DNA of 42,581 nucleotides from Nemertoderma westbladi (Eukaryota > Animalia > Xenacoelomorpha). The notes beneath the pieces were generated by a model. It was not told the origin of the DNA and did no database searches. It saw only the letters and a program-made list of their open reading frames with translations. Made by a program: the position numbers and the translations under genes. Every line of letters begins with the position of its first letter. Position 1 is the stretch's first letter. Shown here piece after piece: positions 13,575 to 25,257 of the stretch. Where the stretch lies: NCBI GenBank assembly GCA_032718475.1, contig JAUCBJ010005109.1, positions 1-42,581 on the forward strand, read 5' to 3'.

Positions 13575-13610
13575 ATGACCTGAAGAAGCTGTTGGGAGAA
13601 AGCTTGTAAT
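13575..13610 (+). ncRNA. Degenerate Penelope-type hammerhead ribozyme motif
   Basis: CTGAAGA (13580-13586) and GAAA (13598-13601), followed by a palindromic AAGCTT stem III. Stem II pairs poorly. Confidence 0.3.
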
Positions 13611-14381
13611 AACTTTTGTTATTCATTTCATTAGTCACCTGAGGTCAACCCGTACTCTTAACTGTTTAATATGATAACTACGGTGACGAGAGCGCAAGAA
13701 TTCCTTCTTAAAAACTAAGAAAGGCTTTCAACTTTCAAGTACGATAGAACAGATACAATCTTGTGTTGTTTTAACTTAATAGAGATATTGAAATATCCCC
13801 TGCCCCTGGCGTTTTCTATTTGAGCATATTTTAAATGTTTGCCTGATATTCAATTGATGTGTACCGCTTTCTGGCAAAGCGGCACCCAGTTTAAACTATC
13901 AATCACAGCTAGCGAGTAGCGACCCACGGACGGCGACCTTCAAACAAACAGGTGCAGAGCCGGAAAGAACTGTCGTGTTGCTGTTTGCTTGGCTTGTGGT
14001 CCCATTTGATAACTTAATAGATTTGGGCAGACTGGGCGGTCGCTCTGACCATATACACAGCGCGCGCATCTACAATGCCTAGAACATCTATTGGAACAGC
14101 CAATTAGTGAGCTCGAATCATTCCTCTGCATTCATGCGCTATTTTAATCATTACTTTGTATAACACAATAGCATACAGATACCAACGTTTTAACCCCAGC
14201 AGTGCGGCAAAGAAGGGCTGGTTGACCATTTAAATGCATGGGTAAAGGAATTCGGCGTTCACATTCCTAAGGCTCTGTGGGCTAAACAGATTTAAAAAGT
14301 ACTATACACTAATATAGATAGGGCAACAGAACTGTCTAAGACACAAATACCAACACATTCCGATAGCCCCAAATTATGGCA

Positions 14382-14801
14382 ACTCCGACTTTAAAGAGTT
14401 AAAATATAAATTAATAAAAACATCTATGAAACAATAAAAATATAAAAATATGTATTACTCAGTAATAAATAAAACTCAGTAACAATTTCTTATATTACTG
14501 TACTGCAGTGAAAAATATTTTTTTATTACTGCAGTAATAAATATTTGAAACTGCAGTAACAAATATTTATTACTGCAGACTTAACAAATATTTATTACTG
14601 CTGTTTAAAATATTAAAAAAATTTTTTTTTACTGCAGTAACAAATAATTGTTACTGCAGAAAAATAATTTTTTTTTATTACTGCAGTAATAATTAATAGT
14701 CACTGCAGTAACAAATATTTAATACTGCAGTATTTTTTGGAGGCAGTCTTATTGTTTCATAGAGTTTTTTATTACTTATATTTCGACTCTTTAGTCAAAG
14801 T
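14382..14801. mobile_element. MITE with about 50-bp imperfect TIRs and internal TATTACTGCAGTAA-type repeats
   Basis: aaagagttaaaatataaattaataaaaacatctatgaaacaataa (about 14393-14437) matches the reverse complement of ttattgtttcatagagttttttattacttatatttcgactcttt (about 14749-14792). Many ttactgcagtaa palindromes lie between them. Confidence 0.7.
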
Positions 14802-14879
14802 CAATATACCCCATACCATAGCCAGCTTCAGGCAGGACTGTATGAAATGACTGACAGTACTACTTTGAAATCTTTGAGG

Positions 14880-16650
14880 ACACACTTTGTCATTTCTTGG
14901 ACTACTTTTAGAACTTTGAGACACTTTTAGTTCTTTGAAAAAATCTCAAAGAACATATGCACTTTGAGACCCCGACTGTATCTCGCACTGATTCAACATC
15001 CTGACAATCTATTGCTACGTCCTTGTTTTTGTGTCGTCGAAGCTCGTTTAAAACAGAATCGCACGCGACTTGATGCACCGCTGGTTGAATAACCACTCTC
15101 CGCTCAACCATCTGCATTTTTCAGCTTTATTTTCAAGTATATTGGACTGTGCTAGGATAGATTATCAGCGATGTCTATATCTCCAGCTTCTTGGTATTGG
15201 TCTATTACTGTATTATAGAAACGATTGTAATGATGATGTTATCTAGAGGAAATTGGAACAGATGTCGTATTAGGGAGCCTATAGGCATACTGTAAGAAAG
15301 ACTTATAGGGAATAAGTACTGGAGCATTATTTATTGACAGCCAGCAGCTCAGTTTTATAGCTTTTTTTTGTACATACAATTTACATACATTACAGCCAGC
15401 CGGGCGTCGTCTACAGTATGTAACGTCCGTAGATTTATAGCACGCATTATTTATATGAAGACCGTATTCAGAAAATTTCAGTCGAATTTTATAATAAGAA
15501 GAGGAAGTTTTACAGAAAGCGGCAAACATCAATAGAAGCAAATAAATGTCGCTTGATTAAAAATTAAGATTGGCCTATTCATTTTCGAAAAGCGCCTTGC
15601 TGCGTAAATTATTATTGTGATTTTAATAAACTATTACCGTATTTATTGGCAGTCATTTATTGACCTCCTAAACAAAATCATTTTTCCCTAAATTTGAACA
15701 GGAAATTCACTAAAATATTAATTACCACTTAACTATATTAATAAAAATAATATAATACTGTATGTCTAAAATCTGGAAATTATAACTAATAAAGCACCAC
15801 AAGCTTTCTGACAGCAAAAATTTAAAGTTGAATAAACTGATACTTTTTGGTGTTCATTCATTTTGGGATGTAAATTATTTATTTATCTGATCTCGTATAT
15901 TTTTCATTTAACATATTTTTTAGGTACAATATATAAACTTCCGAATACACAAGGCGGCCATGTCTGTCTGAGGATTAAGCACGATGACAAGTTCTACTGT
16001 ACTTAAGTGAGAGCTTCAACTAGCTGTTGAGGAGTCCTCATATGATTACTTTAGAATATCGACAAGATCTACAGTTAGCTTAAAAGAAGTGTGAGATACG
16101 ATTAAACACCTAATTTTGTTTGTTTGCCTGTGCAAATAAACAAAAATACTTCATCTTCTGTATTTATGTCTCTAAGGGATAAAGGAAGTGGAACATTCGT
16201 GTAACATTGCTGCTATCTTTCCATCTTGTGAATCCCATACTGTCCGAAACCCCTTTTCAACCACAAACACACTACGTGAGTAAGTGACAGGCGTATTCTT
16301 TCCCTCCAGGACCAGACTTTTGCCTGGAAGGTTCAAAGTGATTAACCGCTTGTCGTAATACTATGGGTGGAGCCTTCGTTGATAACACTAGAGTCGGTAC
16401 CATCATTATTGTTACTGCTGTATCTCTATATGACTTCCATTGTACATTTTGTTGAACTCTGTGCTACTGTATCAACGTTTGGTCTAAGTTAGACTCACCA
16501 GTAGTAGAATTACTTTATCAGGGATTCTATTAAAATAAATTTTTGATATCTTAGCGTTTCCATATAAAGTCTATTTTGTTTTCCGTGATGAAATCCAACA
16601 ATAATTAATGGTAATTTTCAATGTGAGTCTAATTTGCAGAATTTTTCCTT
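14880..16650 (-). pseudogene. Highly decayed L2/CR1-group LINE ORF2 relic (endonuclease and RT traces)
   Basis: Minus-strand peptides LDFITENKIDFI (APE N-terminus, about 16560-16600), QQLVEALT (about 16010-16030) and LQYAYRLPNTT (RT QxAYR motif, about 15260-15295). Many stops and frameshifts. Confidence 0.4.
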
Positions 16651-17309
16651 ACATCTTTGAAATTTAAATTAAAATTAGTTACTCCACTGACTGGCCAAAA
16701 ATCAATCAGTCTCATTACATTTTGCAGCTCCGCGATCCACTGTGTTTCCATATTATAAGATACAGCTGTTATAAACTTTGAATGGCACTTTTTGTTAAAG
16801 TTGTCGCAACATAAAAGATATAAATATATACATTAATTATTGATGCTACAATATATATTACACCCAGAAAATTGTGATGTTCAATTAGATTGTCAAGTCA
16901 AGGTTAGATTATCTCACTGAAAATGCTGACACGTAATCACTTGGGGGGGGGGGGGGGGGGGGGGGGGGGTGCTTCCCGAAGTAGTTGAGAATCCGCTGGC
17001 GTTTTCACGGTGAGAGATGCAGTCTGCAGTAGTGCATAGCATCTTCCAACAAACTGGCTGTGGGCTTACATATACCGATACGAGCAGATAAACATTAATT
17101 TACTTACCTATTTTAATTTAATTTATCCTCCACGTCAGCCTAATCTCTCTTTTTACCACTGCTCATATTTTATTTATTTTAATTATTTAATAGCATCCTC
17201 GTAACCAGACATATACTGAACCATAGCCTTCATTATTCAATTAAATTTAACCGCGTACGTACTAATTTTAACATGTAAATTATGTAAACATATTTTTAAT
17301 TTATATTCA

Positions 17310-17351
17310 TATCACTGAAGACGTGTTTGTACACGAAATGGCCATATGGTA
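17310..17351 (+). ncRNA. Minimal type-I hammerhead ribozyme of Penelope-like pLTR type
   Basis: Stem I TATCA/TGGTA, core CTGAAGA (17315-17321), one extra C, stem II GTGT-ttgt-ACAC, GAAA (17335-17338), palindromic stem III ATGGCCAT and cleavage triplet AUA (predicted cut after 17346). It sits in an AT-rich pLTR-like tract. Confidence 0.7.
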
Positions 17352-17547
17352 AAAGGAATTTGTTTTACTTAGAATCGTGGATGATTGAATCCACTGCATT
17401 GGACTTCATTGGAGTTCTAAGTTCGCTTCTCCTCTCCTCTAGCGTGTGCTAAGTAATTTGTATAAATTGGATCTAAGTTCACGTAAGATCTAAGTTCGCA
17501 TCGCGACTAGCATGATAATTACCAAAGGCTTTAAATAGCATAAAGTG

Positions 17548-18850
17548 GGATCTAAGTTCACCTAGTTAGGTTCTAAGTTCACATAGTTAGGATCTATGTT
17601 CACCGAGTTAGGATCTAAGTTGACCTAGTTAGGTTCTAAGTTGACCTAGTTAGGATCTAAGTTGACCTAGTTAGGATCTAAGTTCACCGAGTTAGGATCT
17701 AAATTCACCTAGTTAGGATCTAAGTTCACCTAGTTAGGATCTAAGTTCACCTAGTTAGGTTCTAAGTTCACATAGTTAGGATCTAAGTTCACCTAGTTAG
17801 GATCTAAGTTCACCTAGTTAGGTTCTAAGTTCACCTAGTTAGGATCTAAGTTCACCGAGTTAGGATCTAAGTTCACCTAGTTAGGATCTAAATTCACCTA
17901 GTTAGGATCTAAGTTCACCTAGTTAGGTTCTAAGTTCACATAGTTAGGATCTAAGTTAACCTACTTAGGATCTAAGTTGACCTAGTTAGGATCTAAGTTC
18001 ACCCAGTTAGGATCTAAGTTCACCCAGTTAGGATCTAAGTTCGCATAGTTAGGATCTAAGTTCACCTAGTTAGGATCTAAGTTCACCTAGTTAGGATCTA
18101 AGTTCACCTAGTTAGGATCTAAGTTCACCTAGTTAGGTTCTAAGTTCACATAGTTAGGATCTAAGTTAACCTACTTAGGATCTAAGTTGACCTAGTTAGG
18201 ATCTAAGTTCACCCAGTTAGGATCTAAGTTCACTCAGTTAGGATCTAAGTTCGCATAGTTAGAATCTAAGTTCACCTACTTAGGATCTAAGTTGACCTAG
18301 TTAGGATCTAAGTTCACCGAGTTAGGTTCTAAGTTCACATAGTTAGGATCTGAGTTCACCTAGTTAGGATCTAAGTTCACCCAGTTAGGATCTAAGTTCA
18401 CCCAGTTAGGATCTTAGTTCACATAGTTAGAATCTAAGTTCACCTACTTAGGATCTAAGTTGACCTAGTTAGGATCTAAGTTCACCCAGTTAGGATCTAA
18501 GTTCGCATAGTTAGAATCTAAGTTCACCTACTTAGGATCTAAGTTGACCTAGTTAGGTTCTAAGTTCACCTACTTAGGATCTAAGTTGACCTAGTTAGGA
18601 TCTAAGTTCACCGAGTTAGGTTCTAAGTTCACATAGTTAGGATCTAAGTTCACCTAGTTAGGGTCTAAGTTCACCTAGTTAGGGTCTGAGTTCACCTAGT
18701 TAGGATCTAAGTTCACCTAGTTAGGATCTAAGTTCACCTAGTTAGGATCTAAGTTCACCTAGTTAGGATCTAAGTTCACCGAGTTAGGATCTAAGTTCAC
18801 CTACTTAGGATCCAAGTTCATCGAAGTCAGGCCTTGCAGGATCTAAGTTC
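17548..18850. repeat. 21-bp satellite (TAGTTAGGATCTAAGTTCACC)n, about 60 units
   Basis: Directly visible tandem array with point variants. Confidence 0.98.
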
Positions 18851-19969
18851 GTTTTACCCAACAGAACCAGTATCACGTCCAGGTCGCACAGTATTAAAAC
18901 AACATGCAGTAGTATACTACGGGCAGATCTGCCACTGCTACAGCAAAGAAGCTAGTTCCAGGAGGGCCCACGCCCCACGGCACCGTAACCATGTAGGATG
19001 GGACCCCTCCACGCGGTAGGCATAAAGTAAACTGCAAGTGGGGTCCCTGCGAGGGGAAAAATGGAATATAGGACAGCAAAATGAACCAAGAGTTAATAAA
19101 CAAAAATAGGAAGTACTGTAGTAATAATATGGAACCTCAGAATGAGGAGACACTCGATGAGTTATGGTTAGATAACAGCCAAAAAATATAACCAATGAAC
19201 AGAGGCATTAAGGATTAGCAAACAAATACCGTGACTTGTTGAAGTTGAAAAACACATAGTTCAGATAGAGCCATGATAAAAAGTAGAAACCAAGAGAGAG
19301 GATTCAGATACTAATGGGAAAATTGAGAAAGGAACCAGAATGGGCTTGGCTTAGTTAGTATGACCACTGTGGGATTTAAAAAACACAAGAGAATAATATT
19401 AATATGTTACCCATAAACTGCTATGAAATCAAACTGATAATGTCGTTGGAAAACCAGTGGCACCACAAAAAGGAATACGATTTGATTGTTACTGTGATTT
19501 CCATGTCAATAATGCCAGAAAAGCAGTGCACAATGTATTAATTACCATGAGACTAGAATGAGACTAGAGAAAATCGCTGTGCTACGACAGTATGTCATAA
19601 TGAGAGAGGAATAAATTGAGCAACAACACTATATTTTATATATCTCTTCTACAAAATCAGTAATTTATATTTAATGACCTTAAACTACGCATTCATTAGT
19701 CACAGCTGCAATGTGAATGGTATTAATACATTACAAATGTCGATATATTACTGAATATTATAATGTACTGTATAACTTTCTTATATCCATACTTTGGAGG
19801 GTGTGCTTGTATATTAGGAATAACATATATATTTAATACTATAGCTTAAAATAATTTACTTTCCTAATAGGTTAACTGTGGCCATGGGTCGGAAGCCATG
19901 GGGCTTTATAGGGTTTTGCTAAACTCTAGTACCATAGATAGGCTAAAAGAGAGACTAATACTTCCGTAT

Positions 19970-20440
19970 AAGATAAGAATATGAGAAAAAATAAGAATGC
20001 ATGCTGATCCACTCCATCAGTTGCTGCTTGTAGATTGTGGTAGAAATTTTCCACCTCCTCTACTGGGGCAACACTAGTTGGAGAGTAGCACACAACCAGA
20101 ACCACCTTAGGAAACTTCTTAGCCAGTCTTCCAGAACATGAGAAGTGGCAACGGATGATGCGGTTGGAGATTTGTTGAATCTGCAGGTGAAGTTAGATTC
20201 ATCAATAGACCAATTCCACCATTGCCACTACCATCGTCTGATGCGAGGGCATGTCATCAACGGCCTCATGTCCTTAATCAGAACATCGTCAGTCTATCCA
20301 GTCTTGAATACCAACAGCGCTAAGGCAATGCTTATCTGCCAGGACAGCCAGCTCGCCCTGTTGCATTGGGGACTCGGCTATATATATGTAGATATCTATA
20401 GGCTTTCCAGGATTTGGAAGTCACAGAGAATCAATCGGAA
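19970..20440 (-). pseudogene. RTE-type LINE apurinic endonuclease fragment (copy 1)
   Basis: Minus-strand ELAVLADKHCLSAVGIQD..GNGGIGLLMN..RIIRCHF..VVCYSPT..EEVENFYHNLQ, typical of RTE APE motifs. Frameshifted. Confidence 0.75.
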
Positions 20441-23400
20441 ACTTAAAGAGTAGTAAGGTAAACAACTTAATTGAAACAGCGTCTGTCATAGACTACTATA
20501 TTAAGGACTTTACCGAACGGCTCTTGCCTCTCCCACCTACTATGGTTACTATTGTGTATATGTAACATATGCGGTATAAGGCCAGTCCGCGGAAGTAATT
20601 TAATTACTTCGCATTTACTAGTTGGCGCTTGACCTTGTACCACATTAGTTAATAACCCGTCATATTAAGTTGATGGGGTTGCAGACGTTTGGTAAAGTCT
20701 TTAACATGATAGACTATGACAGACGCAGCAACAAAAAGGTGAATAAACACTGATTAGCGCTAGGCAACAATACTATATAGGTTATAGTATTTATAATATT
20801 ATTTTTACTTGATTATTGTACTTAAATCCATCACCATTACTATTTTAAAAATTTCTTCCACCACCTCACCCGTTTATCCCACTATCCTCGCTATCTACAT
20901 CCTCCACATTATTACCATTACCACCACCACCACCCAACATTCCCATCAACATTTCGATTGTCTCTTCCATCGCCTTCTCCTGCGCACACCTATCCACCTC
21001 CCGGGATCTCCTATCTCCCCAGCCGCTATCTCTAACTCCCAATCTTCTCCTCACGCACACTTGTTCTTCTTTTGCTCTTCCTCCAAATAATATTTTATCT
21101 CCTCCCACTCGTTCCTTGGATTTAATAACCTTTCCACCCGCGCTTCTTCTTTATCCCTTTCATACATCGCCACCAGTATCATATCATTCTCATGATGGAT
21201 AAACGTTAGATGGTTTACTGTAAAAAAAAACATAAACAATGAGATGGATGGAAGGTAATGGTACCACGAGAGATTATCCACCTCTTAATCCAAAAACCGC
21301 AGTGTTGTTATATATTATATTATATTTATATTGTCCGACAACTTCCATTAAGATGTATTGTATTAATCTATGGAACATGGCAGGTATTTTCTGGCTAATA
21401 TTTGGCCTTGACTTTCATTTAGGTACACTCTCTCAATCATCACTTAAAAAAAGACGGATAGCCATTATCGGCACATTCTACTTCGCCTCCTGTATGTATC
21501 TAAATTATTGCAAAAATAAATTATTATATATTCTCCCATCGTTATTTAGCTTAAATATTTAATTATAATTATGCTAAACATTAGCTGCACAGTCGCCTGT
21601 CGTCTGGACAAGTCGGATATATTGAGGATATCGCGAACTTCTACTCTCAACAGAGGTTTTCGATTAATGGTCTCCCTTTTAGTGAGAAGCTTGAGCAATT
21701 GCAATCATTTTAATTAGGGGGGAGGGGGGGGGGGGGGGGGGGGGTCGCATCCCCAAATTGAAACTCACATTTTTGTGTCTCTGGACCCTAAAATTGGGTG
21801 AAAATTATTTTTTGTGCTACCGGTACTAAACATCGTCTGGACTGTGTAAGAATAACGAATAACCAAACCATATATTTTTAAAATTGGCACCAAAATGGCT
21901 CCGTAAAGGCCAAAAGAGCCTTTTTGCGCCAAGGGCTATTTCTCCACCAATATTTGTTGAAATATATCGAAATTTGGAATATAAGTTCAGAAGAACCCTG
22001 CATCCAATTCTTCTGTAAAAATTTTGCCTCAAATGCACGGGGTCTTTTTAGAACAAAAAGGCCCCAAAAAAGATTTTTTGGGCCTTTTTAATATAAAAAG
22101 GTTCCAGGGTATTTCCTGGTTTCCAAATTAGTTCAGAAGAACTATGGAGAAAGGTATTCTTAAGAGGTGTACCAAATTTCAACTCATTTCACTCATTTCA
22201 GTTAAAATTGGTGGACAATTAGACCTTTTCATGAAAAAAAACGTCATTATGAGATATAGGGTGTTTAAAGTTTAAGGAACAATTCAAACCTTCCTGCCTT
22301 CCCGCAATTTAAGATAATACAATTTCTCTATGTTCATGTTCAACAATAACTTTTTCACAAATGAATGAAATTAAACAAAAAATTTTATGCTTGCTAAACA
22401 GATAGGCCTAACTAGTAAAATAACGTTTTAGCAATTTTATTCATATCTGCACCGTGAGAGCCTTTTTTATGAAAAGGGCCCCGCACAATTGTAAAATATA
22501 GTGCTGCTCGAAGGCTTGTCAAAAATCGAACTTGCTCATTACGTTTTGGGTAATCCTAATAACTCGAGTTTGAGAAAAGATATGAAAAAACTGCTTGCAG
22601 ATTTGAAATCTCCATTAAATTAGGTACCAGGAGGCTGCAAAGTAGGCTACAGTAGGCTAGAGGACATTGCTTTCGCCATGAGGACCAGCCAGTGCATAAT
22701 CTTCTACTTTGGAAGCCTCATGGAGTGAATAAGCATGGTGGACACTCTGGACAGCCCATGACTTTCTTGAGACGCATCTTAAACAGTTAAAGGACACTGG
22801 CCTTGAAGATGGGGATGATCTAGCAAATGTCATGGCCCATGGGTGATATGGAGTTGTGGCGGCGCAATTTTGTCGACAAGCCGGCACAGCATTCTTAAAA
22901 ATGCAGCTGCAATGCAGCATGCCGATCCTACCTAGTAGTAGTAGGGTTGAAATGAAATGTTTAGGTATTGTTAGTCCTTCATATTCATTTAATATCTCAT
23001 CTATGACAGTTCTTCTGACTGTTTTTATATACAGAATATGATTATGGATTAAATTGCGAGCGTAACGAGCATGAAAATGTGGTTTTATATCTGTCAGTCA
23101 GTATGTCTGTATGTATATTCTGATATTGGTTTGAATAGTCCAAATTGAAAAACTTTTGAAACAACTCATGTAAGTTAATCAACATATACAATAGGAGGCC
23201 TAGCCTAATACAGTAATAGGGATATTGAAATAATGGATATGAGCAGATGAGTAGGATACAATTATAAACGCTAGCGAAGGGAGCGAAAATTTTTAACTCT
23301 TTTTAATCATACTAGTCAGCTAGTATAATTCTGTATTTTCAATTACCGGTAGCACTGGTCACTGGCTGACTGGTTGACTGCAGGACTGGCACTGGGTAGA

Positions 23401-23990
23401 GCAGTAGAGTGGAGTGGATACAGGGATAGGTTGCCAGTGCATTGCGGAATTGCTTGTACAGTTGTAGTGTAGCTGTGTAGGCTTACGCAGCTACATGGCT
23501 GCATGACATCCAAATGCGCGCCAGGATCCTCAATGCGCGCCACATGACCCTGTTGCTCCGCGCCAGGACAGCGACAGCAGGAAACTCTACATAAATTCCA
23601 ACCTGCAGAGGCAGACCTGGCTGCCTGGTGTGCACCCAGTCCCAGTGCAGCAGTGTGCTTATCGGTACCTGGGTACCGTACATACAGACAGACATCTGGC
23701 ATCTGGACATACAGAGTGACTGACATTATTACTTACCGTTACCAGAATTTCCTGATCCTGAGCGGGAAATAAATAGGCCTATTACTGTATTACTTCGACG
23801 TTCGACCATGTCAGCATGTTCTGATGTTATCCTCTGAGCCTGTATCTATTTCAGTATTTAACATGTATATTTTACTGGTCAGCTGGTGCAGCTTCGGTTT
23901 ATAGTAGGCCTCCTACAGAGCTTTACAGTTTACAGTTAGCTTCCAGCAGTTCAGATTTCAGTAAACGAAACGGTACCGCAGTACCGATAC

Positions 23991-24490
23991 TAGGGTTTTT
24001 AAAAAACATCACCATGTTTTAAAACAAATGTTTTAAAACAATGTTTTTTTTGTTTTTTATTAATTTTTAAAAAACACTGTTTTTTTTGTTTTTTTTATTT
24101 TTTTAACCTTATCGGCAGTTTAAACACAAAAAGTACTATAGTTGACAAAAAACAGCACAAAAAGTAGCCTACTATATAGTTCACAAAATGTACTATAGCT
24201 TACAATGAATCATCACAAAAAAAATTGAGTACAAAAAAGTATAATAGTTCACAAAAAACCAGCATAAAAAAAGTACTATAGTTCACAAAAAATACTGCAT
24301 AAAAAAGTATTATAGTTCACAAACAGCCAGCACAAAAGTTTGAGGATAAAAAAGTATTATAGTTCACAAAAAACCAGCACAACACATTTGAGCATAAAAA
24401 GTATTACCGGTATAGTTAACAAAAACCAGCATAAAAAAAAGTAGGCCCTACTATAGTTCACAAAAACCAGTTACATGAGTTAACTGGTAA
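23991..24490. mobile_element. hAT-like MITE fragment with internal A-rich tandem repeat of about 32 bp
   Basis: TAGGG start and repeated aaaaagtactatagttcacaaaaaaccagca units. No matching right end found. Confidence 0.35.
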
Positions 24491-24699
24491 ACCAGTTAAC
24501 ACCCTACCCTACCTGCCTACCGCTGTACAGCTGTACGGTACAGCGGCACAGCCGTAACATGAGGTACGGTAACAAACAACATCTAGGCCTATATCAGTCT
24601 GTCAGTATATGTCTGTACAGCTGTATGTACAGATGTATTGCTGTATTGCTAAGGAATTTGTATAAATTGGATCTAAGTTCACCTAAGATCTAAGTTCGC

Positions 24700-25210
24700 T
24701 TTTTTTTATTTTATTTATTTAATAACAATTTTCTACACTTCTACAAACAATGTATAATGTAGACGGTGGTTGAACGGGTGAGCGCATTACACCAACCACC
24801 GCTAGCATTCAGCAATAGACCAATAGTTACTATAGGCTAATACAAAGAGAGCCTAGATAAAACAGTAGGGCCTACAGTCTGACAGTCATGCAAGATGCAA
24901 CATGCAGTACATAAGCTCAATACAAAAACAAATATCCTACTGTACATTAATTAGGGCCTAGTTTAAGTAAGTATTATCGATTGATTTTTAACGGAAGAAA
25001 TACGTAACTATATTTTTACTGTAATACAATAGTTAAAAATAGGTCACAAACAAGGTCATATTACCTTATTACTCCAATAAATGCATGCACACATACAGTA
25101 CCGGTAGTATAAAATTTTGTAACAAGTTTCTATGATTCAAAATCGAGAGCTAAAAGCTACGCTAAAAAAATCCAGACTGAGGCACGATGTTGAGATCTAT
25201 GGCAAAAAAC
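24700..25210 (-). mobile_element. 5'-truncated non-LTR retroelement 3' end (about 510 bp) with A-rich tail
   Basis: Absent from copy 1 (gttcgcatcgcgac). Begins with a T-rich tract on + (A tail on -). Has a 9-bp stem CGGTGGTTG/CAACCACCG (24764-24772 / 24793-24801) near its 3' end. Possible short TSD CTT. Confidence 0.65.
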
Positions 25211-25257
25211 TTCGCGACTAGCATGATAATTACCAAAGGCTTTAAATAGCATAAAGT

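Larger units (their letters stand above)
17447..24646 (+). repeat. 7.2-kb segment, copy 1 of a tandem duplication
   Basis: tgctaag(t/g)aatttgtataaattggatc starts at both 17447 and 24647. The segment is colinear with 24647-42581 once the insertions are removed. The window end corresponds to about 23971. Confidence 0.93.

Noticed and set aside
13660-14300. Decayed LINE ORF1/endonuclease start on the minus strand
   Set aside because: Only a faint NRKxxGxG-like trace, too weak to call.
16943-16969. Poly-G/C tracts (also about 6365, 10339, 21716, 29774, 37151, 39466) as regulatory G-quadruplexes
   Set aside because: They are homopolymers inside repeat fragments, their lengths are error-prone, and there is no functional context.
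22620-23041. Short ORFs shared by both duplicate copies as conserved genes
   Set aside because: Sharing reflects the recent duplication. Frames differ by indels between copies and no motif was recognised.
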